Shown: positions 50,952-59,899 of the stretch, piece by piece
How positions within the stretch are numbered: the first letter of the stretch is position 1
How the letters are laid out: each line of letters starts with the position of its first letter
Source of the DNA: Minisyncoccota bacterium
GTDB taxonomy: Bacteria; Patescibacteriota; Minisyncoccia; Phycocordibacterales; UBA9973
Direction of reading: 5' to 3'
DNA length: 64,000 nt
NCBI GenBank assembly: GCA_036405895.1
Contig: DASWWS010000002.1
Location: 20,903 to 84,902, forward strand
Notes under the pieces: generated by a model
The model's input: only the letters and a program-made list of their open reading frames with translations
The model's database searches: none
What the model was told of the DNA's origin: nothing
Made by a program: the position numbers and the translations under genes

Positions 50952-51978
50952 GGGATGATGCAAGGAGTTCGCTGATAAGAGGTGCGAGCGGCGTGGTTGC
51001 AAGGCATACGTATCGGTCGGATGCGCCGTAGTATACATGCAGTATTCCGTCTTTTACGTATCCGCCTGTCGGAAAGACAATGTGGGAATTGCGCTCTTTT
51101 TCATATGCCTCGTCAGGTGCAAGAATGTCATAGTCGAGCTTGCCGATAAGGCGAGTAGGCTCATCAAGCGCAAAGAGTGCCGCACGTGCGGTGTAGTTGA
51201 AGCCGTCCGGACGATCGGTCGTTATTACATGGTGATAAATAACAAGCCAGCCTTCGGGAGTTTCAATCGGGGGAAGGCCTGGGCCGATTTTTGCGTCATT
51301 GGCATGAGAGGTCGGCAAGAAAACTGAGTGATTGTCCCAGTGCAGCAAATCATCCGACCAGGCAATCCATATTGCCGGATTTTGCGGAAGAGCGGAGAGG
51401 TCGCACGGCCAATTGACCGGGTTGCCCTCTGCGCGCCTTCGATCGCACTTTGGCTTATTCCATCGGTTCGGGCGATGCAGCATGCAGTAGCGGCCGTTGA
51501 TCTTGCGGGGAAAGAGCACGATATCCTTATTGTCCGAGTCTTCCGCCGAAATAATGCCGAGATTTTCAAATGACTGAAAGTCGCGTGTGCGCAAAAGCCC
51601 CGTTGCCGTTTCAAGCGGCGTTGTGCGCGGAAAGGAAGAGCCGTTTAGCATAATGCGCTCGGGCACTGCAACATAGGTCACATAATAGTCGTCTTCTATT
51701 TTTGTGATGCGCGGGTCTTCGGTGCCCCACGCATCAAATGTTTCGCGAGGTTCAAATACGGGCTGAAGTGAAGCGCGCGTAAAATGAATGCCGTCAGTGC
51801 TCTTTGCAAGACCGAAGCGCGAAACATATGCATCAAGCTCCCCCACTGCGCGATACAAAAGTACTACTTCGCTTCCTGTATGGATTGCGCCGGGATTAAA
51901 TACTCCTTCATTTTCCCACGCATACGCAGGGTCGGGCGAAAAAATGGGGTTGCCTTCGTGGCGCTTTAGACTAATCAT
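50944..51978 (-). CDS. GH130-family mannoside phosphorylase/glycosidase
   Basis: VFNPGA, LLYRA, EDPRIT, NKDIVLFP, LHRP, IVFPTG, YYGASD. Confidence 0.9.
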   Translation of the reverse strand: MISLKRHEGNPIFSPDPAYAWENEGVFNPGAIHTGSEVVLLYRAVGELDAYVSRFGLAKSTDGIHFTRASLQPVFEPRETFDAWGTEDPRITKIEDDYYVTYVAVPERIMLNGSSFPRTTPLETATGLLRTRDFQSFENLGIISAEDSDNKDIVLFPRKINGRYCMLHRPNRWNKPKCDRRRAEGNPVNWPCDLSALPQNPAIWIAWSDDLLHWDNHSVFLPTSHANDAKIGPGLPPIETPEGWLVIYHHVITTDRPDGFNYTARAALFALDEPTRLIGKLDYDILAPDEAYEKERNSHIVFPTGGYVKDGILHVYYGASDRYVCLATTPLAPLISELLASSHD

Positions 51979-52316
51979 ACGCGACCGTACTTGTCTTGCA
52001 GTCTGATAATATCATCCTCATCGAATGCGCCTCGCGCAATTTCAAGAATTTCTGCGTCAGCACCTTCGGCCTCTATTCGATGCGCTGTGCCAGCAGCAAT
52101 ACTGAATTCATCTCCCGCTTTTGCACGTGTCGTCACGTCTCCAATAGTGATGCGCGGCGTACCGGAAAGCACTTTCCAGAATTCTTCGCGGTGCGCATGC
52201 GTCTGGAGGCTGAACGCTTCCCCAGCCCTTACGAACAGCACCTTAACGGTTGTTGATTCATTATGGGTAAATTGCCTGAATGCTCCCCATGGCTTGGAAG
52301 TGGTCTGTGGTTCCAT
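51975..52316 (-). CDS. Cupin mannose-6-phosphate isomerase (type II C-terminal domain)
   Basis: KPWG, SLQTHAHREEFW, HRI, EDDIIRLQDKYGR. Confidence 0.9.
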   Translation of the reverse strand: MEPQTTSKPWGAFRQFTHNESTTVKVLFVRAGEAFSLQTHAHREEFWKVLSGTPRITIGDVTTRAKAGDEFSIAAGTAHRIEAEGADAEILEIARGAFDEDDIIRLQDKYGRV

Positions 52317-52323
52317 AGGCTTA

Positions 52324-53319
52324 TTATAGCTTACCCTCTATCAGTTTTCTAATAACACCTTTCGTCTCGGAAACGCCTTTGACTGCAGCAACTGCAACGC
52401 CTACGCGCAGCACTGCTGCGTCATTCCCTCCTTTAAAGAGCGCGTCTCCTACAAATAAGAGCTGCTCGGTATCGAGGTGGGTATGCTTAAGCAGGGACTT
52501 GATGCCGTATGCCTTGTCCACTGAGCCTTTTGTCACATCAATGGAGGTCATTCCTCCGATTGAAATAGAGAACTCCGGTATCTGTTTCTTTAGAGCATGT
52601 TGGAGTGCTGTTCGTTTTTCATGATGGGGATCCCAGAGCGCTTTGAGTTCGGTAGGGGCAGTACTGCCAAGGCCGGAGAAAGTGATTTGTGTTCCGCGGT
52701 CTTCGATAATGACTCCATTCGCGTCAGTCGGGCGGACATAACCTGTTTGCGTGAACGCAGTTTCAAACGCCGCAAATATTTTCGCCTTTTCTTCGGCAGT
52801 CAGTGCATTTTCGTACTCTGTTTTCCATGTGCCATTGTGCGAGAGAAGTGCGGCCCCATTAGTAGGAAGCAGATAGAGATTGGAGAGAAGCGCAGAAGAC
52901 GGCAAATGAGAGAGCACCTGCTTTTCGAGCTGAGGAATACCGGCGCCGGAAATGATGGCAACTTTTTTCACGCTTAACAGATCGGCAATAAGACCAGCCA
53001 TCTCATTATCGAGAGACATCTTGCTCTCGGCGAGCGTGCCATCGAGATCAAAGGCGATGAGGGAAAATTCTTTTTGCACTCCCCACTGCCACCGCGGCTT
53101 TTCGCCTGTTGCATAGCAAATGCGAATCAAGGCGGTAGTCAGTATTAAAAATGGAAGAACGAGCATAAAGAAGACTTCGCGGTCGGGCGATGCATTGTCG
53201 ACCGTGCTTGCAAAAAAGGCCATTACCGCCACATATACTGCAAGCACTAGCCATCCCTGCCAGGCTGCCGGATACCAGCCCCATCCATATGCTTTTCGTT
53301 TGAACCAGAGTTTTTTCAT
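52324..53319 (-). CDS. HAD-IIB phosphomannomutase with fused N-terminal two-TM domain
   Basis: FDLDGTLAESK, EDRGTQITFS, GGMTSIDV, GDALFKGGND; N-terminal WFKRKAYGWGWYP module. Confidence 0.85.
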   Translation of the reverse strand: MKKLWFKRKAYGWGWYPAAWQGWLVLAVYVAVMAFFASTVDNASPDREVFFMLVLPFLILTTALIRICYATGEKPRWQWGVQKEFSLIAFDLDGTLAESKMSLDNEMAGLIADLLSVKKVAIISGAGIPQLEKQVLSHLPSSALLSNLYLLPTNGAALLSHNGTWKTEYENALTAEEKAKIFAAFETAFTQTGYVRPTDANGVIIEDRGTQITFSGLGSTAPTELKALWDPHHEKRTALQHALKKQIPEFSISIGGMTSIDVTKGSVDKAYGIKSLLKHTHLDTEQLLFVGDALFKGGNDAAVLRVGVAVAAVKGVSETKGVIRKLIEGKL

Positions 53320-53337
53320 ACCCTTATTTTACCATAT

Positions 53338-53366
53338 AAAAAAGCCCTCTTTTTGAGGGCTTTTTT
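53338..53366. terminator. Intrinsic terminator
   Basis: AAAAAAGCCCTC-TTTTT-GAGGGCTTTTTT. Confidence 0.8.
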
Positions 53367-53375
53367 GGGGTCGTT

Positions 53376-54146
53376 TTAATTCAAAAATGAAAGTGCTGAC
53401 TTGATGGAGAGGAGTATCTTCTGCCAAAAGCTCACAGGCGCCTGTACCTCTTGCATTCCTGGCATCATTGGGAGACCTCCTGCAACACTGCCTTCTGCAG
53501 ACACAGCCGCAGTGGGACCATTTGATGGAGCTGCTGGCTCGGGTGCTGCGGGCGCCGGAGTTGCGCTCTTGCATTCCCCTTCATAGAGTGTCGTCGCCTT
53601 GTCCGCCCCGAGCATGCACGAGTTGCCGTATGTTTTTGTCACACCGCTTGGGCTCTTTCCGCACACCGGCATGTACTGCATCGTGCACATGGTGGGAGTT
53701 TCTTCTCCAGGCACTGTAATGCCGTACCCTGTCATTGCAGTCACCGCGAGGCCGATAGAAGCGTAGCTTGTGTTCAGTGCAAGAGAGTTTGTAGTGTAGC
53801 CATTAACCGCAGTACCATTTGCATAAATCATCCACACGCTGCCCGCCTGGAATGTTTCGTAGCCATTGTCGTATCCGCACGCAGCAGAACTACTAGTAGT
53901 TTGGATTGTTACAGTATTCCCCAATGTTCCCTTATATACCTGGTCTACCTTAAACGTGATGCGGTAATCGCCATTGACGCTCTTGTCCTGAGCAATCATC
54001 TGCACGGTACCGATAAATGCAATGTCCTTTTGTGCAAGGTTTTCTTTTGCAGTAGGCGGCCAATTGCCGTCCGGCTTACACGCGTACGCGGTATTCGTGC
54101 TAAAAAGCGAAATAATGAGGACAAATGCTATAAGGATTTTTTTCAT
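53376..54146 (-). CDS. Secreted protein with TIMP/NTR-like domain and Kazal-type domain
   Basis: Signal peptide AYA|C, FIGTV, FKVDQVYKG, SSAACG; CTMQYMPVCG...TYGNSC...YEGEC. Confidence 0.75.
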   Translation of the reverse strand: MKKILIAFVLIISLFSTNTAYACKPDGNWPPTAKENLAQKDIAFIGTVQMIAQDKSVNGDYRITFKVDQVYKGTLGNTVTIQTTSSSAACGYDNGYETFQAGSVWMIYANGTAVNGYTTNSLALNTSYASIGLAVTAMTGYGITVPGEETPTMCTMQYMPVCGKSPSGVTKTYGNSCMLGADKATTLYEGECKSATPAPAAPEPAAPSNGPTAAVSAEGSVAGGLPMMPGMQEVQAPVSFWQKILLSIKSALSFLN

Positions 54147-54176
54147 AATAATAAGACGAGTGTTGTTAATGGTTTC

Positions 54177-54917
54177 TTACAATTCTTTTGCGTACTGAGC
54201 AATATCTCCTCGGGGAATGGAAAACTCTATCGCTCCCGTTGCCCCCGGCGCTATTTCATATTTGTCGAAATAGAGAGTGAGCGCATTGTCGTTGAGCGAG
54301 AAATTGTCGAATGAAGCAAAGGTGAGCTTCTTTACATCTTCTTCAAAAACGACCATGGAGGCCATGCCCCCTGGGCGCCAGCTGAGAAGCTGTTGCTGAA
54401 TATACGCGGTAAATGCCGCCTGGCTGTTGCCCGGTATAATATCGGACAATGCAAGAAGTGTGTCGTTAGAACGCGCGGCCGTGAATACTTTGTAGATACT
54501 GTTGCCGTTTGCGCCCCCGGTATAGACATAACTTTCCACCACAATAGATTCTGTCTCTGCACCTGTGCTGTATTTTGCGGTCATCTCAATCGTATAAGTT
54601 GAAGGCGCGATAGCGTCAGGAAACTGCTCTCGCATGCCCGGGACTTCGGCGTCCGCGCGCGCCTTAAATGCTGCAACGCTTTGGTCTACATATGCACGGG
54701 CCGCAACTGCAACACTACTGTCTCCTGCAATTACAGGTTTTGTACCGCTAAAGTTTGCTTCGGTAATTTTTGTTTCAGTAATAGTAACCGGCACTTTTTC
54801 TTCTACCGCATTTTCAGGGGCAATAATTGTCTGGTTGTGCTTATTGAGCCACAGTGCAAGCACAATAATAATTGCGAGGACCAGGATAGTTACAAGAATT
54901 GTCGGTATTCTTTTCAT
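54177..54917 (-). CDS. DUF3298/RsiV-like protein
   Basis: YVYTGGANG, LTLYFDKYEIAPGATG. Confidence 0.82.
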   Translation of the reverse strand: MKRIPTILVTILVLAIIIVLALWLNKHNQTIIAPENAVEEKVPVTITETKITEANFSGTKPVIAGDSSVAVAARAYVDQSVAAFKARADAEVPGMREQFPDAIAPSTYTIEMTAKYSTGAETESIVVESYVYTGGANGNSIYKVFTAARSNDTLLALSDIIPGNSQAAFTAYIQQQLLSWRPGGMASMVVFEEDVKKLTFASFDNFSLNDNALTLYFDKYEIAPGATGAIEFSIPRGDIAQYAKEL

Positions 54918-54920
54918 AAA

Positions 54921-55409
54921 CTACTTTACTGGAGGATAGTATTCGACGACCTTCCACCCTTCGTTTACCCATGCAACAGTGATGTCCACTGGTTTTCGGG
55001 AAAACTCTGTTCCGCTTTCAACCTCAGCACTTGTCATCTCAATTATTTCTGCAGATACTTTGTAATAGTCCCGGACTTTTTCCATGCTGATTACCTCAAT
55101 CCTCTCAGGCCACGGGCTTGACGTAGCGCGCCCCGGCGCTTGGGACGTGCTCTGTATCCATCGCGTAATCAAAGCGGGAGCGACAGTAGCTTCGTACTCT
55201 TTCTTGATGCTTGCACTCAGCACATCTTGCTCCGCCGTAAGAGGGACATTCTTCATCTGTCCTCCAAATGCGACAACGGTCGCTGCAACCGCTTCCTTTT
55301 CCTCTGCAACTATTTGCTCAACAGTCGGCTCTTTTGTCCGGGTATAAACAAATAGTGCTGTTGCCGCTACAATGCCGATAATAATAAGTATCAATGTTTT
55401 CTTTTTCAT
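54921..55409 (-). CDS. Conserved hypothetical membrane-anchored protein
   Basis: TM, APGRATSSPWPERIEV motif, C-terminal GWKV. Confidence 0.75.
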   Translation of the reverse strand: MKKKTLILIIIGIVAATALFVYTRTKEPTVEQIVAEEKEAVAATVVAFGGQMKNVPLTAEQDVLSASIKKEYEATVAPALITRWIQSTSQAPGRATSSPWPERIEVISMEKVRDYYKVSAEIIEMTSAEVESGTEFSRKPVDITVAWVNEGWKVVEYYPPVK

Positions 55410-55463
55410 AGAATCATTATACTACGTTTTTCGGTTTATTCCTCTGAAACGCCCCTCTCGGTG

Positions 55464-55901
55464 CTATGCGTCAAACAGTCCAGTATTTACCTTCTTTTTC
55501 ACATGAGGAATGCGTGGAACCACGATGGCGACAAGGCCCGCTACAACGGCGACGACATAAAAACCGTATCCAATCGTCATGCCGATTGCACCGGCAAACC
55601 ACATACTTGCAGCGGTGGTGAGGTTTTTCACGCTCGCCCCCTCTTTCAAAATGAGCCCCGCTCCAAGAAAGCCAATACCGGAAACAATTTGCGCTGCAAT
55701 GCGCGACTTGGATGCGGGATCCACGACTCCAGAAAGAAACGTAAAGAGCATTGCTCCTGCGAGCACAAAGATGTGAGTACTGATTCCTGCATCCTTGCCG
55801 CGACTTTCGCGCTCCGCTCCGATGAGGTATCCAAGAATAACAGCCAGAGCAAGATTGATAATAAACGTGACTTCCATTGTTCCAAAAAGTTGTTGTAGCA
55901 T
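55464..55901 (-). CDS. MgtC/SapB-family membrane protein
   Basis: IGAERE, AGISTH, RIAAQIVSGIGFLGAG, LTTAASMW. Confidence 0.92.
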   Translation of the reverse strand: MLQQLFGTMEVTFIINLALAVILGYLIGAERESRGKDAGISTHIFVLAGAMLFTFLSGVVDPASKSRIAAQIVSGIGFLGAGLILKEGASVKNLTTAASMWFAGAIGMTIGYGFYVVAVVAGLVAIVVPRIPHVKKKVNTGLFDA

Positions 55902-55905
55902 GGTT

Positions 55906-56478
55906 TTATTTTAGCACTTCGGAGAGGAGTTCTGGAAATTCAGTGGTGCCCATATCACCCTCTGTAAAATGGCCCTTGCCTGCAAACTCTACAACCATAA
56001 GGCCTGCAATAGCCTCTTTCAACAGCTCCGCTGTTTTTTGCATTGGCGCATCATCATCACTTGAGATAAAAACAGTTATTCCTTTTGTTCTTTCTGCAAG
56101 AGCAGGGTCAATAATAAAATCAAAAAAGTCGCTTACTAATTCCCTCTCTTCGTGCTCAGGGTCCATCCACGGAGCGACCAGTATCACCACTCCTACTTTC
56201 TTCTTGTTTTCAGAAAGCCATCGCACCAAAAATCCGGCCCCGCAACTGTGCCCGATCAATATAGTTTCTTCATCTATTGGAAATTGCTCGAATACCGCTT
56301 TCCATTTTTCATACTGTGGAGCATAGGGCTCGGGCATTTCAGGAGTTTCGACCGCAATACCTTGTGCCTCAAGTTCGCTCTTTATCCAAGGAAGCCAGTG
56401 CTGTTTTGAAGAAGTTGCACCTCGTGCAATATATTCTTCTTTACTCGGCATTCCATGGATAACAATGGCGTTTCTCAT
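55906..56478 (-). CDS. RBBP9/YdeN-family alpha/beta hydrolase
   Basis: IHG, HWLPW, GHSCG, SDDD, GHF; start at ATG 56478. Confidence 0.9.
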   Translation of the reverse strand: MRNAIVIHGMPSKEEYIARGATSSKQHWLPWIKSELEAQGIAVETPEMPEPYAPQYEKWKAVFEQFPIDEETILIGHSCGAGFLVRWLSENKKKVGVVILVAPWMDPEHEERELVSDFFDFIIDPALAERTKGITVFISSDDDAPMQKTAELLKEAIAGLMVVEFAGKGHFTEGDMGTTEFPELLSEVLK

Positions 56479-56509
56479 GCAGAAAAGTATATCATGGTAG
56501 AATAGGCGT

Positions 56510-57658
56510 ATGACTACAAAAACACTCCTCACAACATTTCTCTCTGCATCATTTGTTCTCGGTATTACAGCTGGACCGCTCTACGGAGCAACCCTTACGA
56601 CTGAACTCAACACCCTTGTTGACCAGCAAAAAATTGCGCGCGCAAAACAATCTGTATGTATTGAACAAAATGGTGTTGATACCCTCTCCTATAATGCCCA
56701 GACTCGTATTATCCCGGCATCTGTGTCCAAGCTCTACACCTTTGACTTCGCGCTTGCAACACTGCCAGAAGATTTTCGCTACACAACGAATTTTTATGTG
56801 CAGGGCACGACGCTCTATATCAATGGCGCGGGGGACCCGCACTTTGTGGCTGAGCACCTTACAAAAGTACTCACGACCGTACAATCTGAAAAGAATATCG
56901 TGATAGATCATATTGTTTTCACTCCAGGCTTTTATTTCAATTGGGAAATGGCGCCAGCTGCTGTACAGACAGCGCTTGCAAATGCGGTGCGCAACACTCC
57001 GGGCATGCCTGTTTCTCCAAACGTGCGCATCACGCTTTCTCTTGTACCGTACAACGGAAAAGGCACTTCCTACCAATTCAGTTCAGCTCCCCTGCCCGCC
57101 CTCTTGAAACAAATCAACAACTACTCAACCAATATCTCGGCCGACATTCTCCTTTCTCGCTTGGGCGGACCGGTCGCCTTTTCCGAGTACATGAAAAAGA
57201 CTTATGATGCGGGCCCTGAAACAGTGTCCTTTATGACAGGCTCCGGACTCTATGGCAATTACACGACGTGCGCTCTGACGCTTCGCGTTATCAAACATTT
57301 GGAATCCCAGCTCAAAGAGCGTGACCTCGAAGTTACTGACGTCCTGTCCATGCCGAAAGTTGATCCGGGTGTAATCGAAAAGCGCGCAATCAATATGGAC
57401 GGAAAAAATGCGATTGTCGCAAAGAGTGGGTTCGTCAATTACCATCACGCACTTGCGGGGGTTATTAATACAGCAGACAAACCGGCATACTTTGCAATCT
57501 TCACCAACTACAACTTTATGGCCCAGACAAGTGCGGTAAAGACAATGGTGGATCAATACACGGAGAAAATCCTCGCGCACTTTAGCCCAACGCTTGAGTC
57601 ATTTGACTACGCTCCGGACCCGAGCATCTTTGAGGATGTCCTCATAAAAAAACTGTAA
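56510..57658 (+). CDS. D-Ala-D-Ala carboxypeptidase/endopeptidase (S13, PBP4-like)
   Basis: PASVSKL (SxxK), GDP, YSTN (SxN), GSGL, AKSG. Confidence 0.85.
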   Translation: MTTKTLLTTFLSASFVLGITAGPLYGATLTTELNTLVDQQKIARAKQSVCIEQNGVDTLSYNAQTRIIPASVSKLYTFDFALATLPEDFRYTTNFYVQGTTLYINGAGDPHFVAEHLTKVLTTVQSEKNIVIDHIVFTPGFYFNWEMAPAAVQTALANAVRNTPGMPVSPNVRITLSLVPYNGKGTSYQFSSAPLPALLKQINNYSTNISADILLSRLGGPVAFSEYMKKTYDAGPETVSFMTGSGLYGNYTTCALTLRVIKHLESQLKERDLEVTDVLSMPKVDPGVIEKRAINMDGKNAIVAKSGFVNYHHALAGVINTADKPAYFAIFTNYNFMAQTSAVKTMVDQYTEKILAHFSPTLESFDYAPDPSIFEDVLIKKL

Positions 57659-57661
57659 TAC

Positions 57662-57694
57662 CTTACCTAGCAAGGACCGTCCTTGCTAGGTAAG
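57662..57694. repeat. REP-like B unit
   Basis: CTTACCTAGCAAGGAC-C-GTCCTTGCTAGGTAAG. Confidence 0.9.
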
Positions 57695-57709
57695 ATTTAG
57701 CGTTGCAAA

Positions 57710-57741
57710 AGAAAATCCCGAGCAGTTGCTCGGGATTTTCT
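57710..57741. terminator. Bidirectional terminator between REP units
   Basis: AGAAAATCCCGAGCA-GT-TGCTCGGGATTTTCT. Confidence 0.75.
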
Positions 57742-57744
57742 ACC

Positions 57745-57798
57745 TTACCTAACGAGGACCGTCCTCGTTAGGTAATTTCAGAAGGACGGTCCTTCTGA
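57745..57798. repeat. REP-like doublet (variant B + A)
   Basis: TTACCTAACGAGGAC-C-GTCCTCGTTAGGTAA-TT-TCAGAAGGAC-G-GTCCTTCTGA. Confidence 0.9.
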
Positions 57799-58773
57799 TT
57801 ATGGGTGCGCTACAACGTAAGCCTTGGACTTCGGTCCGTAGACACCGTCGGGGGTAAGACCGGCTGATGCCTGGAATTCAATCAATGCCTTTTTAGTCAT
57901 TGGGCCAAACGCTCCGTCAGCGGTAATGCTTGCTCCTGTACCCACACCTTTTTTGATAAGGTATGCCTGGAGTGCGACAACCTCGCTTCCGCGAGAGCCT
58001 ACCATCAGTGTTCCTGTAGAAGATACTCCGGAAGAAGTATTGCTTGAAGTCGAAGCAGGGACGGTGCCAAGCGCATCAATGATTGCGTCAGGAATATCTA
58101 TTCCTTGAATGCGCGCAGAAACAAATTCTGAACGAAAATTTTTTACCAATAACTCTGCAAGTTCTTCCTCGTCATCGTGGTTGTCGAGAATCTCTTCGAG
58201 GTACTCCATCTTTTCCTCAGGAGTAAATACTTTTGTAAAGCGCGGATAGGGGTCGGTCGTGTCATTGTCTTCATCATAGAGCTCAAAGTGAAGATGCGGC
58301 GCGCTTGCAACGGCATTTCCGGTGTGTCCCACATAGCCGACAATATCGCCCACTTTCAATACATCCCCTTCGTCAATATCTGCAATTTCGCTTAAGTGCA
58401 TGTAGACAAAGCGCTCTCCTCCGGGAGCTGCTGTTTGCACGTAGTTCCCCGCTCCTGTCCAAACCCCCATGCCGGTAACAACGGCTTCTGTAGGAGAAAC
58501 AATTGGCGTGCCTTCGGGCGCCATGATATCAAGTCCAATGTGGCTGTGGCCAGCACGCGGGTCCCCGTAGTTTTTTGTCAGATTGCGGAGTGCTACACCA
58601 AAGAGTACAGGTATAGGCAAATCCTCCACCTGGTCGTCATCAAGATTGTTAATTTTAGTCGAAAGCCCGCTACTGCTTCGGCGGCGTGTCTGCGCTTCAG
58701 CAACAGCTGCACCTCCTAAGAGAGAACCTATAATAATAAAGCCCAATACGTACGCGAACATTTTTTTATTCAT
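57799..58773 (-). CDS. M23 metallopeptidase with peptidoglycan-binding domain
   Basis: HIGLD, YMHL, PHLHFE; C-terminal GSRGSEVVALQ...DGAFGPMT...DGVYGP. Confidence 0.9.
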   Translation of the reverse strand: MNKKMFAYVLGFIIIGSLLGGAAVAEAQTRRRSSSGLSTKINNLDDDQVEDLPIPVLFGVALRNLTKNYGDPRAGHSHIGLDIMAPEGTPIVSPTEAVVTGMGVWTGAGNYVQTAAPGGERFVYMHLSEIADIDEGDVLKVGDIVGYVGHTGNAVASAPHLHFELYDEDNDTTDPYPRFTKVFTPEEKMEYLEEILDNHDDEEELAELLVKNFRSEFVSARIQGIDIPDAIIDALGTVPASTSSNTSSGVSSTGTLMVGSRGSEVVALQAYLIKKGVGTGASITADGAFGPMTKKALIEFQASAGLTPDGVYGPKSKAYVVAHP

Positions 58774-58849
58774 ATGCATCAGTATACAAGACGAATCACT
58801 GTCATACCTCTTTCATTGACAGATAGAAAATAAAACGTTTAAAAAACTA

Positions 58850-59353
58850 TTATATGGCTCGGCTGTCATAGGCCCAGTGCAGCACCGCTTGGCGTTGCTT
58901 TCTTCGGCAAAACAAATCCCCCTTTCTGCAGGCCGCTGCAATTTGTGCAACATGCCGAACAAATGCACGCCATCGCTTTATTTGCCGCCTATCTTCTTGT
59001 GGAATTCTTCTACCGCTGTAATACCTGCAGTACCACTGAAACCATCCACGAGGATCATCTTTATATATCCATCCTTTTTCTCTCCATACTGAAAGCGGCT
59101 GGCTGGCATTGATGCCAAAAAAATTCAGTGATGGATCATGCTTACTGGAATTGAGTTTGGCTTTTACAAACCATGCTTTTGGAAATTCTTCCATGCAGTC
59201 CGTCATGTACTTCCCTCCAAAGATGCCGAGCTCCAGCATTTGCTGCGGGGTAAGGTCCGGCTTAAACACGGGGTCGAAGTTTTTTCCGACCGGTTCGGTG
59301 CATTCATAGGCGTACCCTTTCTGCATTGTGTCGTTAACAACAATAGTACGCAT
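58850..59353 (-). CDS. Conserved hypothetical protein
   Basis: PDLTPQQMLELGIFGGKY, DPRGWFQWYCRYYSGRR, RQAVLHWAYD. Confidence 0.8.
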   Translation of the reverse strand: MRTIVVNDTMQKGYAYECTEPVGKNFDPVFKPDLTPQQMLELGIFGGKYMTDCMEEFPKAWFVKAKLNSSKHDPSLNFFGINASQPLSVWREKGWIYKDDPRGWFQWYCRYYSGRRIPQEDRRQIKRWRAFVRHVAQIAAACRKGDLFCRRKQRQAVLHWAYDSRAI

Positions 59354-59366
59354 ATGCACTGTATAC

Positions 59367-59834
59367 TTATTGTTTCTTTGAGCGCTTGAGAATGAAGCTT
59401 GAGACAGAACTTACAATAGCGCCGAATACAACTGCAAACACTACTTGAAGCCCCATGTCGGTAAGAATGAGTTTGGTTTCGCTCGCGCTCTGCATTCGAT
59501 ACGCAATGCGAACAGATTCCAAAATGCCGCTGTTAAACCATTTGTAGTATGCGAGAAATACGAATGCGGAGATGATACCGAAAAGAAGTGAAATCATCAT
59601 TCCTTCGCGGAAGCCTTGCTTGAAGCTCATCACGCCGTCGAGTATTGCGCGCTTTGTCCGAATACCGAGAAACAATACCACTGCCGGTGCGATGGTCATA
59701 AACAATACTTGGTACCACGCTCCGCTGTTAAAGCTTTGATTGTTGCCGCTCGTTTCCATGAGTACAAGACAGGCAATGGTGAAGCAAGAAAGAATCAGTG
59801 CGTAGTTCCAGTGATTTCGTGAAAATATAGTCAT
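59367..59834 (-). CDS. DUF4199-like four-TM membrane protein
   Basis: MSFKQGFREG loop, four hydrophobic helices. Confidence 0.7.
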   Translation of the reverse strand: MTIFSRNHWNYALILSCFTIACLVLMETSGNNQSFNSGAWYQVLFMTIAPAVVLFLGIRTKRAILDGVMSFKQGFREGMMISLLFGIISAFVFLAYYKWFNSGILESVRIAYRMQSASETKLILTDMGLQVVFAVVFGAIVSSVSSFILKRSKKQ

Positions 59835-59899
59835 ATACAACAGTATAAACTAAATAGGCAAGTACTCCACCTTCTTTGCTGATGCTATACTGTACCCGC

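Noticed and set aside
57659-57798. Repeated palindromes as a mini CRISPR array
   Set aside because: Units differ in arm sequence, spacing is irregular (50 and 2 nt), one gap holds a terminator, and no cas genes are present
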